43,563 nucleotides of DNA from a virus. Its lineage: Duplodnaviria > Caudoviricetes. Each line of letters starts with the position of its first letter. The stretch's first letter is position 1. Below the pieces are notes generated by a model. That model was not told the DNA's origin and ran no database searches. It worked only from the letters and a program-made list of their open reading frames with translations. Shown one piece after another: positions 17,748 through 26,302 of the stretch. Where the stretch lies: IMG/VR virus record IMGVR_UViG_3300032162_000171, positions 1 through 43,563 of that record. One strand, 5' to 3'. A program made the translations under genes and the position numbers.

Positions 17748-19256
17748 CTATGCCGGAACGTTGTCCGCCGGATTATTGTTTACAGTTGGGTCAGTTCCAG
17801 CATCAGCCGGAAGAACGACGTGGCGCTCATTATCAAGCGCCACGTCTCGCACAATATCTGGCTCGGTGGCGAGATTCTTTCCGAAGATTCGCTCAAGTTC
17901 GGTCTTCACGTCGAAGTCAACGCCAAGCTTGCCCGCGCGCTTCAAGAGTTCGAGCATCGTTTCAAGCGATAATTGTTTGTCCGTGACGAACAGGCCTAAG
18001 GCACGCATTTCATCGACGCTTAAAACAAGACGGTCATATTCGACGTTCGGCTCGAAGGAACCCGTGCCGGCACGCCCGGCCATTTTCTCATGCGCTTCAT
18101 ACGCGTTCTGGGTCGCGCCCTGCAAAGATTTCACCATCAGGGAGATTTCCGAGTTCGATTCCGCTGAGTCGATGATCTCGCCGGTCGCGGTCTTCGGCCC
18201 CGGAGTCTTCTCCGCGAGCATGGAAAGCGCCGCCATCGCCATATCGACTTTGATAGTTTCGATGTCCTTCATCGCCGCTTCAATGGCATGGCCTTGATGC
18301 TCTGCGAAGCCGATCATCGAGTGCTCGCCCGTTAAATCAATGAGCGCCGACGGGCCGATGGCTTCAATAGGAACTTGCGTATTGCGGTCGCGCGCCCACA
18401 TCACCGGCACATTAGCGAAGTGCAAGATATTATCGAGATCGCTTTGCTTCTGGTAAAGCTGGATCGCCATGATAGCGAGTTCGAGAAGCGGCGGCTCGCT
18501 AATTAACGGCGCGCACTCTTCGCCGTAAACAGGAAAGATCGGAATGTAGTCGAGGCCGCTTTTGCCTTCTCGTTCCAGATCGAGTTGGCGTCCGTTCTTG
18601 CGATACAGTTTCCATGATCCGGGACGCAGCACGCGAAAGCGCGTGACCTGCTTTTCGCCGAAGTCGCCTTCGCCTTCCATTGTCATTTCCCGAAACACGA
18701 TCAGCGTCAGCACGGTTTTGCCGTTAATGTTTTCCGTGCGCCAGTTAATCGCCTGTCCTTTTTTGTAGAGAATCCAGTAGGGGCGTAAATCCGCGTCGTG
18801 TTCGTCCTTGAGAGTCGGCGCGGGCGCGAGCGTGTCGCTTTCCTCAAGTGGTGGCGGCATCTCGACATAGATAAAGGCGTGGCCGTCCTTCGCCGCGCTT
18901 TGAAGCACGTTGCGCGCGAAGACTTCGCCCTTTGTTCCGGCGAGGTCGATGTTTTTCCAGTCATTGATAAATCCATCGGAAACCTCTTTCCAATTCGGAT
19001 CGCGGCGAAAGACGAGGCCGACGAGTTTGCCGAGCGCGCGCTTGAACACCGGCGAGAAGACGGAGCGCGTTACACGCGATTGATACTCGTCGTCGCCCTC
19101 CATCGGGTTCTTTGGCAAATATTCTTGCCTGCAATCGCGAATGCGCGGCGATCCTTCGTAAACATCTTCGACGATCTTGATGGTGCGCATTGCTGCTTTG
19201 TATGCGGCGCATTGAAAGTCGGCGCGGTCTTTGGTGAGTGAGAGTGAGATTGCCAT
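17748..19256 (-). CDS. Portal protein (DUF4055-like)
   Basis: 502 aa after terminase; YLPK...Y..R, NIDLAG, RPYW...INWR, PPLLELA...QKQSD, KTAT motifs. Confidence 0.88.
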   Translation of the reverse strand: MAISLSLTKDRADFQCAAYKAAMRTIKIVEDVYEGSPRIRDCRQEYLPKNPMEGDDEYQSRVTRSVFSPVFKRALGKLVGLVFRRDPNWKEVSDGFINDWKNIDLAGTKGEVFARNVLQSAAKDGHAFIYVEMPPPLEESDTLAPAPTLKDEHDADLRPYWILYKKGQAINWRTENINGKTVLTLIVFREMTMEGEGDFGEKQVTRFRVLRPGSWKLYRKNGRQLDLEREGKSGLDYIPIFPVYGEECAPLISEPPLLELAIMAIQLYQKQSDLDNILHFANVPVMWARDRNTQVPIEAIGPSALIDLTGEHSMIGFAEHQGHAIEAAMKDIETIKVDMAMAALSMLAEKTPGPKTATGEIIDSAESNSEISLMVKSLQGATQNAYEAHEKMAGRAGTGSFEPNVEYDRLVLSVDEMRALGLFVTDKQLSLETMLELLKRAGKLGVDFDVKTELERIFGKNLATEPDIVRDVALDNERHVVLPADAGTDPTVNNNPADNVPA

Positions 19257-19339
19257 TGCTGAATCCTGTCCGGTTGGTGAGCGGGAGGTTAAAAGATTGG
19301 ACTCGAAACATTGGTTTGAAACCAACTATTTGCAAGTCG

Positions 19340-22300
19340 TTAGCGGCGGAATTTTGTGACGGTGAAGTTGTCGGCGGCTTTGAGGTCAGTGGTTGCGACG
19401 CGATAACGTAAACCGTCGCAGTTATGCACGAGCACGCCGTTCGCGTAATACTCTGGCGAGTCTTCAACGGTGAGATTGTAAACGGGTTGTGGTTCTGCTT
19501 TTGATGTGAGCGTATGCACACGGCAGAGAGCAGCATTGTTTTGCTTGGTGGGGTTTGGCCTCGAACTGCTTTTGGCAGTTAAGGCAAGATCGTTTGTCAT
19601 TACGAACAAGTCGTTGAGCAGAGCATGTCCGCGAACAGTAAGTCTTTGGAGTGTATTTATTGCAACTGAATTCCTTCTCGCACTGTGGACAGACCTTTGT
19701 GATGTTATCGAGTCCGTTTTCGCGCCTCCAGCGGGACTTGCAGTTGTTAGAACAGAATCGATCAGACTTGCGCCGTCCCATTGATTCAAACTTTTTGCCG
19801 CATTGATCGCAGATGCCCGCAAGCGGCTTGCGATCCTTGTAAATCTCTTTTCCGTGTTCGCTGTGCCATGCGCGACCTTCAGGTGAGCGATGCCACTCAA
19901 CTGCGCCGCGCCGCATCTTTTCGAGAAAACCTTTAGTGCTGCTTTTATAGGCGATTGCTTGTCGCTGCCGGGCTGTCGGAATGTGTTTGTCGTTATGCTC
20001 GCGCGCTGGAATTGCTTCGAGATTTTCGATGTTGTTATTAAGAGCATTACCATCCCGATGATGGACATGATAGCCCTCTGGAATAGTTCCGTGATGAAAT
20101 TTGTAGATGTCTCTATGTAATGCTCCGCAACCCTTTCTTTTATCGCCGATGTCGCACCTGAAATAGTTGCGGTCACCGAACTGCTTTGCTTCGGGATAAC
20201 GCCGATAGACAATCCCATTGAAGCGCACGCGCTCGATACGCGGTGCCCCGGAAGGCAAACTGATGATCTCCATTGCGGGTTCTCCCTTACATCTAATAGA
20301 GCATCATTATACCGCAAAGCATCCATTTGAATAAAATCTTTTCCTTTGACGTAAACCGGATGGTTGCCTGTGCCGATGAGTGTGCGTCCGTCGTTAAGCA
20401 TAAGAGTTTTAACTGGAGCGGAAGGGTTCGTTAAGCCCGCCGCCAGCACGCGCTTATATCCTTTGCGCGTGAGCACAAGATCGCCTGCTTTGATTGTTTC
20501 AATTGGCCGTTCGCCGATGAGGGTTTCAATCATTGTGCCCGCGACAAAGCAACCGTGATCGTTCTTCTTCACAGGCTTGCCGTCCAGCCCGTAAATGTAG
20601 CTCCAGATTTCTTCGAGCGTGCTGCTCGGCAAATGCTTCGCTTCAAGCTCTTTGTCTTTCGTCCACACGGCATCGCGGCGAACATAGATGCGCGCCCGCC
20701 CGTCGGCGCGTTTCTTGAGCCTTGTGCGCACGGCGTCGCAACCGGCTTCGACATCCTTCTTCGCAGCTGTGGTCGAGAGGCGCGCAAAGCGGCGATTCTT
20801 GCGAAGGTGTTTAATGAGCGTAGCGCGATCTTCGGCGTCGTGATCGGTAATGATTTCAGAGAAGTCCGGCTCATCGAAGTGGTCACAGATTTTAATGATT
20901 TCTGCCGCATGGTCTTCGACGATCTTTTGCGACATGTAGATTTCGCGGTAAAGGTAAAGCCTGCCGTCAGAGTCTTCCGCCCAGAATTGACAGACAAAGG
21001 GATTGGAGAAACCGAAGTCGATGGAGAGCGAACGCCGCCAACTTCGCGGCGGCTCCGTCGTGTAATCCGCGCCGTCGCCGAAGCGCCCCTTTTTGTCATC
21101 GTAAACAAGATTCCACTCGTCGTCCCAGCCGTTGAAAACATGTGTCTCTTCTTCAAAGCCGTCGAAGACCATCCCTTCTGTCATGCACCAGATACCGTCA
21201 CGAAAGCGCTTTAAGCGCGCGCCCGTTAAATCGTCGAGCGCGTTCATGTACACTTTGCCTTTGAGTCGCCACTTGCCGGTTTCCTGATTGAAAAAGAGCG
21301 GGTTGTCGGTGTGTTTGGCCGCGATCATGCGCAGCTTTCCGGCGTCACGGCGTTTGATGAGGTAGTGCATCGGAGAATCCGGGTTGCACATAAAGAGAAG
21401 CTGCTGGTAGCCCGCTTTGTAGTTTCTCAGGCGCGTCGTCAATGATTCATGATTATCTTCGCTCGCCTCCGTCCCTTCATCGAAAAGAATAAAGTCCCAT
21501 TCGGTAGACATTACTTTCGCTGACTTATCCATGCCCGCAATGGCAGCAATGGATTTGTTCGGATAACGATATTCCTGATCGCCGCCGTGATAGTAAACAT
21601 GGCGGTTCGAGGCTTTCTCGGAGAAGCGTTCGCCGAGAATTTTTTGCTCGTAGGTGACAAGCGTTGATTGCACAAGTGAGACGCGCGTCTTGCGCAAGAT
21701 CAGGCAGCGGCAGCCCGGGTAGTACCGCGCAAACGTATCGAGCTTCAAAAGTCCCCCGAAACTTTTGCCTGTGTTGTGATGCCAGATACCCTCGGCAAGA
21801 TAATGCTCTGCACCCGGTACATGAAGATCATAGTAATCATCAGTGCGCTCGTAAGTAATACTTGTGACCTGTTCCCATAGTCCCTTATAATGCGAACTCG
21901 AAGGAGTAAACAAAGATGCCGAAAAAGGGTTACAAACTGCTAACACACGAGCAGAAGAAAGAAATTGTGAATAGTTATCTGGGGACGCATTCAGCAAGAG
22001 AGACGGCACGCCGTCTTGGTTACACACCTCAGCGTGTGTACTACGTGTTAAAGCGAAATGGTTTTGAAAAACTAGAGAAAGCTCCACGCGGTGCTTGTTA
22101 TCGAAACTTCGACCTTGTGAAGCAGTTAGCCCGTGAGGGTTGGTCGCTGTCAGAAATTGCGCGTCGCGTTGGTTCAAAAAATCAATTGGTTGCCAAATTC
22201 CTTCGGTGTAATAACATTCCTCACACACGCTTTGACCAGAGCGGCAAAAATAATCCGGCTTGGAAGGGAGGAAGGATGCTTGAGAAAGGAAAATACGTTT

Positions 22301-22921
22301 TGATTCATCAACCAGACCATCCTTTTGCAAACCGACATGGTTATGTACGTGAGCATCGGCTTGTGATGGAAAAAGCGCTTGGCCGCTATCTATCATCGGG
22401 CGAAGTTGTGCATCACAAAAATGACAATGGTTTGGACAATCGTTTATCGAATCTTGAAGTACATCCTTCAAACGGGCATCACTTGAAAGCGACTCTGACG
22501 GGCAAACCTCACGCAGTGTCGGAGAGAGGGCGGGAGAAGCTGCGCGCAATTGGTCGCCGACTGCAATCTCGGAGAGCTTTAGCCAGCCACACTTAGTTTC
22601 AAATAGATGATCTTTGGTTACTAAGACTGACGCGCCTGATGCTGTTATAACTCGATAGAGTGCTGCCCTTCCTTTTAGAAAAGGAACCGTGGCGAGTTGC
22701 ATCCCGCCTTGTGTTAGCACGACGGGTGCTCTCCTTTGCGAGTGTAAGTCGCAAATTGAAGTGTGCGCGCCGGTCAGTGGTTCATATATCCGCGTTTCGC
22801 CTGCGACACATCCCGCCGGGCCGGAATGCACAACTTCGCGGCGCGTTTCATCCATCACTTCGCGCGCCGTGCCGTAAAGAATGAAGTCGGGGGTCTTTTT
22901 AGTCGACGTCAGGGTTGTCAT
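19340..22921 (-). CDS. terL: Terminase large subunit precursor with two inteins (1193 aa; about 470 aa after splicing)
   Basis: Walker A GPAG|TGKS restored by removing intein 1; Walker B ILFDEGTE; motif III CNP; nuclease SIDFGFSNP and NDHG|CDGLRY restored by removing intein 2. Confidence 0.93.
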   Translation of the reverse strand: MTTLTSTKKTPDFILYGTAREVMDETRREVVHSGPAGCVAGETRIYEPLTGAHTSICDLHSQRRAPVVLTQGGMQLATVPFLKGRAALYRVITASGASVLVTKDHLFETKCGWLKLSEIAVGDQLRAASPALSPTLREVCPSESLSSDARLKDVLQDSINDCPNHCHFCDAQLRPMIDSGQALFPSQADAHVHNHVGLQKDGLVDESKRIFLSQASFLPSKPDYFCRSGQSVCEECYYTEGIWQPIDFLNQRDAQFLTATNPHGLTASQGRSFDNKHRVELSLVFQNHFALTRSTHAEVCNQDGVPSLLLNASPDNYSQFLSSARVLAVCNPFSASLFTPSSSHYKGLWEQVTSITYERTDDYYDLHVPGAEHYLAEGIWHHNTGKSFGGLLKLDTFARYYPGCRCLILRKTRVSLVQSTLVTYEQKILGERFSEKASNRHVYYHGGDQEYRYPNKSIAAIAGMDKSAKVMSTEWDFILFDEGTEASEDNHESLTTRLRNYKAGYQQLLFMCNPDSPMHYLIKRRDAGKLRMIAAKHTDNPLFFNQETGKWRLKGKVYMNALDDLTGARLKRFRDGIWCMTEGMVFDGFEEETHVFNGWDDEWNLVYDDKKGRFGDGADYTTEPPRSWRRSLSIDFGFSNPFVCQFWAEDSDGRLYLYREIYMSQKIVEDHAAEIIKICDHFDEPDFSEIITDHDAEDRATLIKHLRKNRRFARLSTTAAKKDVEAGCDAVRTRLKKRADGRARIYVRRDAVWTKDKELEAKHLPSSTLEEIWSYIYGLDGKPVKKNDHGCFVAGTMIETLIGERPIETIKAGDLVLTRKGYKRVLAAGLTNPSAPVKTLMLNDGRTLIGTGNHPVYVKGKDFIQMDALRYNDALLDVRENPQWRSSVCLPGHRVSSACASMGLSIGVIPKQSSSVTATISGATSAIKERVAEHYIETSTNFITELFQRAIMSIIGMVMLLITTSKISKQFQRASITTNTFRQPGSDKQSPIKAALKVFSKRCGAAQLSGIAHLKVAHGTANTEKRFTRIASRLRASAINAAKSLNQWDGASLIDSVLTTASPAGGAKTDSITSQRSVHSARRNSVAINTLQRLTVRGHALLNDLFVMTNDLALTAKSSSRPNPTKQNNAALCRVHTLTSKAEPQPVYNLTVEDSPEYYANGVLVHNCDGLRYRVATTDLKAADNFTVTKFRR
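19421..20551 (-). mobile_element. Intein 2 (377 aa) in the terminase nuclease domain
   Basis: Starts CFVAGTMIET, block B GTGNHPVY, ends VYNLTVEDSPEYYANGVLVHN, +1 Cys. Confidence 0.93.
19464..20273 (-). CDS. HNH endonuclease with three zinc-ribbon repeats, nested in the -1 frame of intein 2
   Basis: LHRDIY...VHHRDGNALNNNIENLEAI...H; three CxxC...CSxxC units; own TATAAT (20306-20311) and AGGGAG RBS. Confidence 0.9.
   Translation of the reverse strand: MEIISLPSGAPRIERVRFNGIVYRRYPEAKQFGDRNYFRCDIGDKRKGCGALHRDIYKFHHGTIPEGYHVHHRDGNALNNNIENLEAIPAREHNDKHIPTARQRQAIAYKSSTKGFLEKMRRGAVEWHRSPEGRAWHSEHGKEIYKDRKPLAGICDQCGKKFESMGRRKSDRFCSNNCKSRWRRENGLDNITKVCPQCEKEFSCNKYTPKTYCSRTCSAQRLVRNDKRSCLNCQKQFEAKPHQAKQCCSLPCAYAHIKSRTTTRLQSHR
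21773..22810 (-). mobile_element. Intein 1 (346 aa) in the terminase Walker A motif
   Basis: Starts CVAGETRI, block B VTKDHLF, ends YYDLHVPGAEHYLAEGIWHHN, +1 Thr. Confidence 0.93.
21916..22596 (+). CDS. HTH-HTH-HNH endonuclease nested antisense in intein 1
   Basis: Two HTH-like segments, NNPAWKGGR, EHRLVME...VHHKNDNGLDNRLSNLEV; own TTGTGA-18 nt-TATAAT (21862-21891) and AAGGAG RBS (21901). Confidence 0.9.
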   Translation: MPKKGYKLLTHEQKKEIVNSYLGTHSARETARRLGYTPQRVYYVLKRNGFEKLEKAPRGACYRNFDLVKQLAREGWSLSEIARRVGSKNQLVAKFLRCNNIPHTRFDQSGKNNPAWKGGRMLEKGKYVLIHQPDHPFANRHGYVREHRLVMEKALGRYLSSGEVVHHKNDNGLDNRLSNLEVHPSNGHHLKATLTGKPHAVSERGREKLRAIGRRLQSRRALASHT

Positions 22922-23657
22922 TGACTTCTCCCTTCTCATTAACAGCGTCAGGCTTGGCCGCGTCCCATTTTTCAGGATTGAAGCCCTGTACGAGCACAAT
23001 GTTAGCTGCGCCCGGCGTGTTGACGTTGATCTCCTGCGGCTCGTGCAATCCGAGCAGCTTATCAACACGTTCTTGCGCGCGGTCGGCGACAAGGAGAAAG
23101 CGCGGATCACCGAGCAGTTGAGATTTCTTGCGCCTAATCACATGCCGCGTTGCGCCCGGCAGTTTTATCTTTCTCTTGAGATCGTTTACTGAGAGTAGAG
23201 CTTCGGCGCTTCCATCGACTTGCTCCATCAACGCGCCGACGGTTGTATTCAGTTCGACGGTCTGTCTGTCCTCGTGAATCTGGTTGACTTCGCCGATAGA
23301 GCGTTCGTAGCCTTCGTAAGCCGTCGAGTGCAGCTCGTAAGCGCGGGCAAGCTGCATGCTCAAATGTTCTTCGTATTTCTGACGCGACTCTTTGCGCCAA
23401 TCCGCGCGGATTTTCTTGAAGTCGTAATCGATCATCTGCCGCGTGAGTTTGTAAGGCGCAGGCGGAGCATTTGGAATTACCGAATCAGCATCGAGGGCAT
23501 CGAGTTCTTTGAGAGCTTCTTTGTATTCAGTTGTGCGACGCTGGAAAAGAATGTCGGCGATGCGCTGGTGGGTAATGTTGGGAAAGCGCGTGCGAAGTTG
23601 TGCGAGTTCGACACGATCACGTTCGGTTTGCCATTCTTCGCGCTTGTTTTCGGCCAT
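22899..23657 (-). CDS. Putative terminase small subunit
   Basis: Directly upstream of and overlapping terL; HTH-like THQRIADIL; GDPRFL...ERVDKLLGL motif. Confidence 0.7.
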   Translation of the reverse strand: MAENKREEWQTERDRVELAQLRTRFPNITHQRIADILFQRRTTEYKEALKELDALDADSVIPNAPPAPYKLTRQMIDYDFKKIRADWRKESRQKYEEHLSMQLARAYELHSTAYEGYERSIGEVNQIHEDRQTVELNTTVGALMEQVDGSAEALLSVNDLKRKIKLPGATRHVIRRKKSQLLGDPRFLLVADRAQERVDKLLGLHEPQEINVNTPGAANIVLVQGFNPEKWDAAKPDAVNEKGEVNDNPDVD

Positions 23658-23790
23658 GAGGTAAACGAGCGGAGCGCGCGGCAGTGAGAAAGGCGCGCGC
23701 GCTCATTCGGGTGAGGATCGGAGAAGCTCACGTTGGTTCTCAGTTTGAAGGTGTGAGGCCTTCGTCGTGGCTGCCCTTCTCCGATGAGAG

Positions 23791-24414
23791 TTAAATCCCG
23801 AGCGGTGAAAGAGCAGGCTGATGCCTCGCGCTCAAAACGCCGCCGCGCGAGTGCGTGACGCGTGCCGGACGCAAATCGTTAGCGACGGGCTTAATGTATG
23901 GAATACGCTTAGTCTCGCGCGCCATTTCCGTTTTGTACCGAATCTTAGCGATGAGTTGCTTCGGCGTGAGCACGCGCCAGAGTGGAATGACGCGCCGCAT
24001 GAATTTGCGAGAGCCTGAGCCTTTGAGAAGTCCCGCCTGTGGAGAGAGGAATTGCAAGCCTTGTTTGCGCGCGTCGTTGCATCGCTTCAAATCGTCGAAG
24101 AATTGTTCGGCGGCCTGCAACTCGATTTCCGTTGCCCGCTCGCGCGCCTTCATAGAGCGGCGCAGAAGTCTGGCGCGGCGCGAGTCATGCACGCTGTAGC
24201 CGAGCGGCAGCCCGCGCGTGTTCTTACGAGCGACGCGCTTTGAGCCGTGCGTGATTGCTTTGGTGAACTGCGCAGCCATCGCCGCATCGAACGTACCCGG
24301 ACGACTAACAAGGGATTCTTCAAGACGTGCTTTGCTCGCTATTGTCGAGCGCACCGTGCCGTAAAGCTGCTGCACGGCTCCGGCGAATCTATTCATCAAT
24401 ACTTTTAATTTCAT
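23791..24414 (-). CDS. Basic hypothetical protein
   Basis: 207 aa Arg/Lys-rich ORF immediately after folE. Confidence 0.6.
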   Translation of the reverse strand: MKLKVLMNRFAGAVQQLYGTVRSTIASKARLEESLVSRPGTFDAAMAAQFTKAITHGSKRVARKNTRGLPLGYSVHDSRRARLLRRSMKARERATEIELQAAEQFFDDLKRCNDARKQGLQFLSPQAGLLKGSGSRKFMRRVIPLWRVLTPKQLIAKIRYKTEMARETKRIPYIKPVANDLRPARVTHSRGGVLSARHQPALSPLGI

Positions 24415-24417
24415 GTG

Positions 24418-25221
24418 TTACCGATTCCTTTGAATGAGGTTGTAGAACTCGTCGCGCGCGGTTGGACGGAGGCGGAAGACGCCGCGCATCACGGCGTTCG
24501 ACATCGAGCCTTGAGTCTTAATGCCGCGCATGGTCATGCAGGTGTGCATTCCGTTGGCACACAAAACGGCGACATTGCGCGATTCGGTGATGCGCTCGAT
24601 TTCGTCGGCGATTTGCACGGCCATGTTTTCTTGAGTTTGCAGGCGGTGACTGCACTGGTGGGCGATGCGGGCGAATTTGGAGAGGCCGAGCACGCGACCA
24701 TTGGCGATGTAGCCGCAGGAAACGTCGGTGTAGAAGGGAAGCAAATGGTGTTCGCAGAGCGACCAGACCCGCATCCCGGAGACGGCGACCATTTGATCGG
24801 AAACAAGTTCCTGATCGAACGTCGTGTCGGTTGTGCCGGGCGCGTATTCCATAAAGTCGCGCCAGAAGCGGGCGACGCGCGCCGGAGTATCGGAGAGGCC
24901 GGAGCGTGAAGGATTTTCGCCGACAGCTTCGAGAATCATGCGGACGGCGAGTTCGATTGTTTCCGTATCGACGGTCTTCTTTTCATGGGCGAGGGCGATG
25001 ACAGCTTCGCCTAATTCATCGCGTTCGGGCGTCTGCGTCGCGGCGGTTGATTCGATTATTGCGCCGACGAAGTCCGGGATGATTTCGGTTACTTCCTGAA
25101 GTGTGGAAGCCGCCAGACCGTTGGCGCGCGCCGTGATGTCGGCCTGTGCGCCTTCAAGAATGTCGAGGCCTGTGGTGAGTGATTCGGGGGTGAGTGATCC
25201 GGGGTTGTCGAGTTTGCTCAT
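24418..25221 (-). CDS. folE: GTP cyclohydrolase I with N-terminal extension
   Basis: GLSDTPARVAR, SLCEHHLLPF, GLSKFARI, RLQTQE, HTCMTMRG motifs. Confidence 0.95.
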   Translation of the reverse strand: MSKLDNPGSLTPESLTTGLDILEGAQADITARANGLAASTLQEVTEIIPDFVGAIIESTAATQTPERDELGEAVIALAHEKKTVDTETIELAVRMILEAVGENPSRSGLSDTPARVARFWRDFMEYAPGTTDTTFDQELVSDQMVAVSGMRVWSLCEHHLLPFYTDVSCGYIANGRVLGLSKFARIAHQCSHRLQTQENMAVQIADEIERITESRNVAVLCANGMHTCMTMRGIKTQGSMSNAVMRGVFRLRPTARDEFYNLIQRNR

Positions 25222-25227
25222 AAAGTT

Positions 25228-25521
25228 TTAAGGAAGCTCGGATTGCTCGATGTGCTTGTCCGGCTTCACAGGAGGCGCGGGCGCGGGGTGAGGTGCGCCC
25301 GCGTCTTCCGGTCGCGGGGTGAGAGTTGATAGGTTTGCTCTGTGTAGCGCTGTCTTGTGCTCGTAAGCGTGACTGTTTCTATTGAGCAATCGTTCTCGAT
25401 AAGAAGCAGTTAAATTCGATTTTGCGAGCAGTTTGTTGTCGCGTTTGATGGTGCGTTCATAGGAAAGCTGGAGATGCCTTACAAGGAAGCAAGCGATGAA
25501 ACAAAGTAAGTCTCTAAACAC
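25228..25521 (-). CDS. Hypothetical protein
   Basis: 97 aa, fills the queE-folE gap and overlaps the queE stop. Confidence 0.45.
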   Translation of the reverse strand: MFRDLLCFIACFLVRHLQLSYERTIKRDNKLLAKSNLTASYRERLLNRNSHAYEHKTALHRANLSTLTPRPEDAGAPHPAPAPPVKPDKHIEQSELP

Positions 25522-26296
25522 CTTGTTTGTTCCCCCATATCAACGTATGAATTTGCGGGATAATCGACACGTCAAACCACTTGTCGCGGCTCACGCGTTC
25601 GACGAGCCAGCGCGTGCGCGCCATCACGCCTTCCGTGTCGAACTCATCGTTTTGCGAGTTGTACTTTGCGCCTTCGGGCGGCGTGTGATTACCGGGCGTG
25701 AGGAAAAAGGGAAATCTTTGCGGAAAAAACATTCGGTCTAACTTGCCTGAAAGAGAGCGCGCGAAGTTGTAATCCTCTTCTGTCATTACAACGACTTTTA
25801 TTGAGAGTCCCGATACATTGCTTTTGTTCAGTACACTGCGCGCTCCGGGACTGTAAGCATCAATGCACTCTTCCAATCGAGGTTCGCGGAAAGACATCCC
25901 GGACGACGGCGGCTTTGGAGAAAGAATCAAATAATCGAGTTTGTGGAACCAAGTCTTTGCAATCGACCCTTGCGTTTCCAGCGCGAACTTATAACCGCGT
26001 TCATGACCGAGATCGATTAAAGACGCGAGCGGTTGCAGCGCAGGGTTGCCGCCGGAGAGCGTGATAAGAATCGGTTTGCCTTCAGTGAGCGCAGCCACTT
26101 CTGCTAGCACTTGTGTTGCGTCGAGCTTGCGCCAGTTGGCTTTGTTCGCCGGGTCAACGGCGTGCATCGAATCACACCATGCGCAACGAAAGTCGCAGCC
26201 GCCTGTACGCACAAAGACGGTGGGACGCCCGACGAGTGCGCCTTCGCCTTGAATCGTGAGAAAGGCCGGTTCAGCAATGGAAATGAGTTCGCGCAT
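25514..26296 (-). CDS. queE: 7-carboxy-7-deazaguanine synthase (radical SAM)
   Basis: TIQGEG...VFVRTGGCDFRCAWCDS, TLSGGNPALQ, LETQG, SPKPPSS, PQIH. Confidence 0.95.
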   Translation of the reverse strand: MRELISIAEPAFLTIQGEGALVGRPTVFVRTGGCDFRCAWCDSMHAVDPANKANWRKLDATQVLAEVAALTEGKPILITLSGGNPALQPLASLIDLGHERGYKFALETQGSIAKTWFHKLDYLILSPKPPSSGMSFREPRLEECIDAYSPGARSVLNKSNVSGLSIKVVVMTEEDYNFARSLSGKLDRMFFPQRFPFFLTPGNHTPPEGAKYNSQNDEFDTEGVMARTRWLVERVSRDKWFDVSIIPQIHTLIWGNKQGV

Positions 26297-26302
26297 TGAC
26301 CT

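Noticed and set aside
22922-23110. N-terminal 63 aa of the 1256-aa terminase ORF in the track
   Set aside because: Overlaps the small terminase gene; ATG 22921 has a good RBS and gives a normal distance to Walker A
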